A stretch of 64,000 bases of DNA from Felis catus (lineage: Eukaryota), in the NCBI RefSeq assembly GCF_018350175.1, contig NC_058368.1:206958001-207022000 (forward strand), given 5' to 3'. This document shows positions 62,959-64,000 of this stretch, in pieces. Under the pieces are notes generated by a model. It was given only the letters and a program-made list of their open reading frames with translations, had not been told where the DNA came from and searched no databases. A program made the translations under genes and the position numbers. Within the stretch, counting starts at the first letter, position 1. Every line of letters begins with the position of its first letter.

Positions 62959-63122
62959 TGAGTGGGGGAGAGGTAGAGAGAAGGAGACACAGAATCTAAA
63001 GCAGGCTCTAGGCTCTGACCTGTCAGCACAGAACCCAACGAGAGGCCCGAACCCACGAACTGCAAGATTGTGACCCAAGCCGAAGTTGGATGCTTAACCA
63101 ACTGAGCCACCCAGGTACCCCC
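62880..63122 (-). mobile_element. CanSINE with long (GA)n
   Basis: Outer flanks caaaagtaaatt (from 62631) and caaaataaatt (from 63123) bracket both SINEs. Confidence 0.93.
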
Positions 63123-63659
63123 CAAAATAAATTCTTAATAATAGCTTCATATACAGACTAAAACACGGGGGTGAGGCTGGGAATATGCAATGAAAGTAGG
63201 GGGCTTATAATTTATGTTTACAATGAGCATATACTTTAAAAATCACCAGGCTTGAAAAAATGTTAAACAGAAAACCCAGAACAAATGTGTATTGTATATT
63301 ACTGTCTTACTTCCCCATTTAACACTGCAGTTTCTCCCAAGCTGACTCCTGTAGCCCATTGGAACTCTCTCGTCTCTTTACCCTTTTCCTCTATATCACT
63401 CATTATCACTTTCTTACACACACATTGCTATAAAATTTGCTTATTTATTCAATTAGCTTCCTGAATCAGATAATTTTATTTCCAGTACCTAAAAATCCCT
63501 GCCATATACAAACATGCTACATATATTTGGTACATAAATGATTCATGTCACTCACTCCACAGCTCTGAGCCATTTCACATTTTATAGCGTTGGCTGTGAC
63601 ATCTTGAATGAGCTGCTTCAGTTTCTATCTCCAAAATCCAATCTGAGATCATTGCTTTT

Positions 63660-64000
63660 ATTTTAATTTTTTACAGTGTATCTTTTTTATTTTTTAAGTT
63701 TTACTTTTTTTAAATTTTATTTCTTAAAAATTTACATCCAAATTAGTTAGCATATGGTGCAATGATGATTTCAGGAGTGGATTCCTTAATGCCCCTTACC
63801 CATGAGGCCATCCCCCCTCCCACACCCCCTCCAGTACCCCTCTGTTTATTCTCCATATTTATGAGTCTCTTCTGTTTTGTCCCCCTCCCTGTTTTTATAT
63901 TTTTGTTTCCCCTCCCTTACGTTCATCTGTTTGGTCTCTTAAAGTCCCCATATGAGTGAAGTCATAAGATATTTGTCTTTCTCTGACTGACTAATTTCAC
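63660..64000 (-). mobile_element. L1 3' end running off the window
   Basis: Closely similar to the outer L1 3' end at 29290-29570 ('tttacatccaaattagttagcatat'). Confidence 0.93.

Noticed and set aside
2904..63125. Many 60-100 aa ORFs with ERERER, SLSLSL or 'AQVMISQF...LEPASDSVSPSLS' motifs
   Set aside because: Translations of CanSINE bodies and their (CT)n linkers, not genes.
1..64000. tRNA genes, CRISPR arrays or prokaryote-type systems
   Set aside because: Mammalian DNA; the tRNA-like A/B boxes are all SINE heads, and no array or operon structure is present.

Overview
Eukaryotic non-coding DNA from a cat-family carnivore (Felidae), judged from about 28 tRNA-derived CanSINE (SINEC_Fc-type) copies and carnivore LINE-1 3' ends. 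I found no recognisable host protein-coding exon, RNA gene or CpG island; the window reads as intron or intergenic DNA that is largely interspersed repeats (CanSINEs, young and old L1, L2, MIR, MaLR/ERVL LTRs, hAT-type remnants, microsatellites). The most unusual structure is an ~8.65 kb composite L1 at 29274-37927 (minus strand) with a full 5'UTR and open ORF1. Its 3' part seems to have been overwritten by a younger L1, leaving two tandem 3' ends and no TSD. A second young L1 sits antisense in its endonuclease region. The two young segments form a ~1.5 kb inverted repeat and share the same ORF2 nonsense codon and other non-conservative changes although their 3'UTRs differ. Other observations: a CTCF/NRF1/YY1 motif cluster with an antisense ORF in the L1 5'UTR, re-use of single L1-endonuclease target sites by SINEs, a twin-primed ancient L1 and a strong CTCF motif at 14077-14095. 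Repeat subfamily names come from memory of consensus sequences, not a database search, and boundaries of old repeats are approximate.
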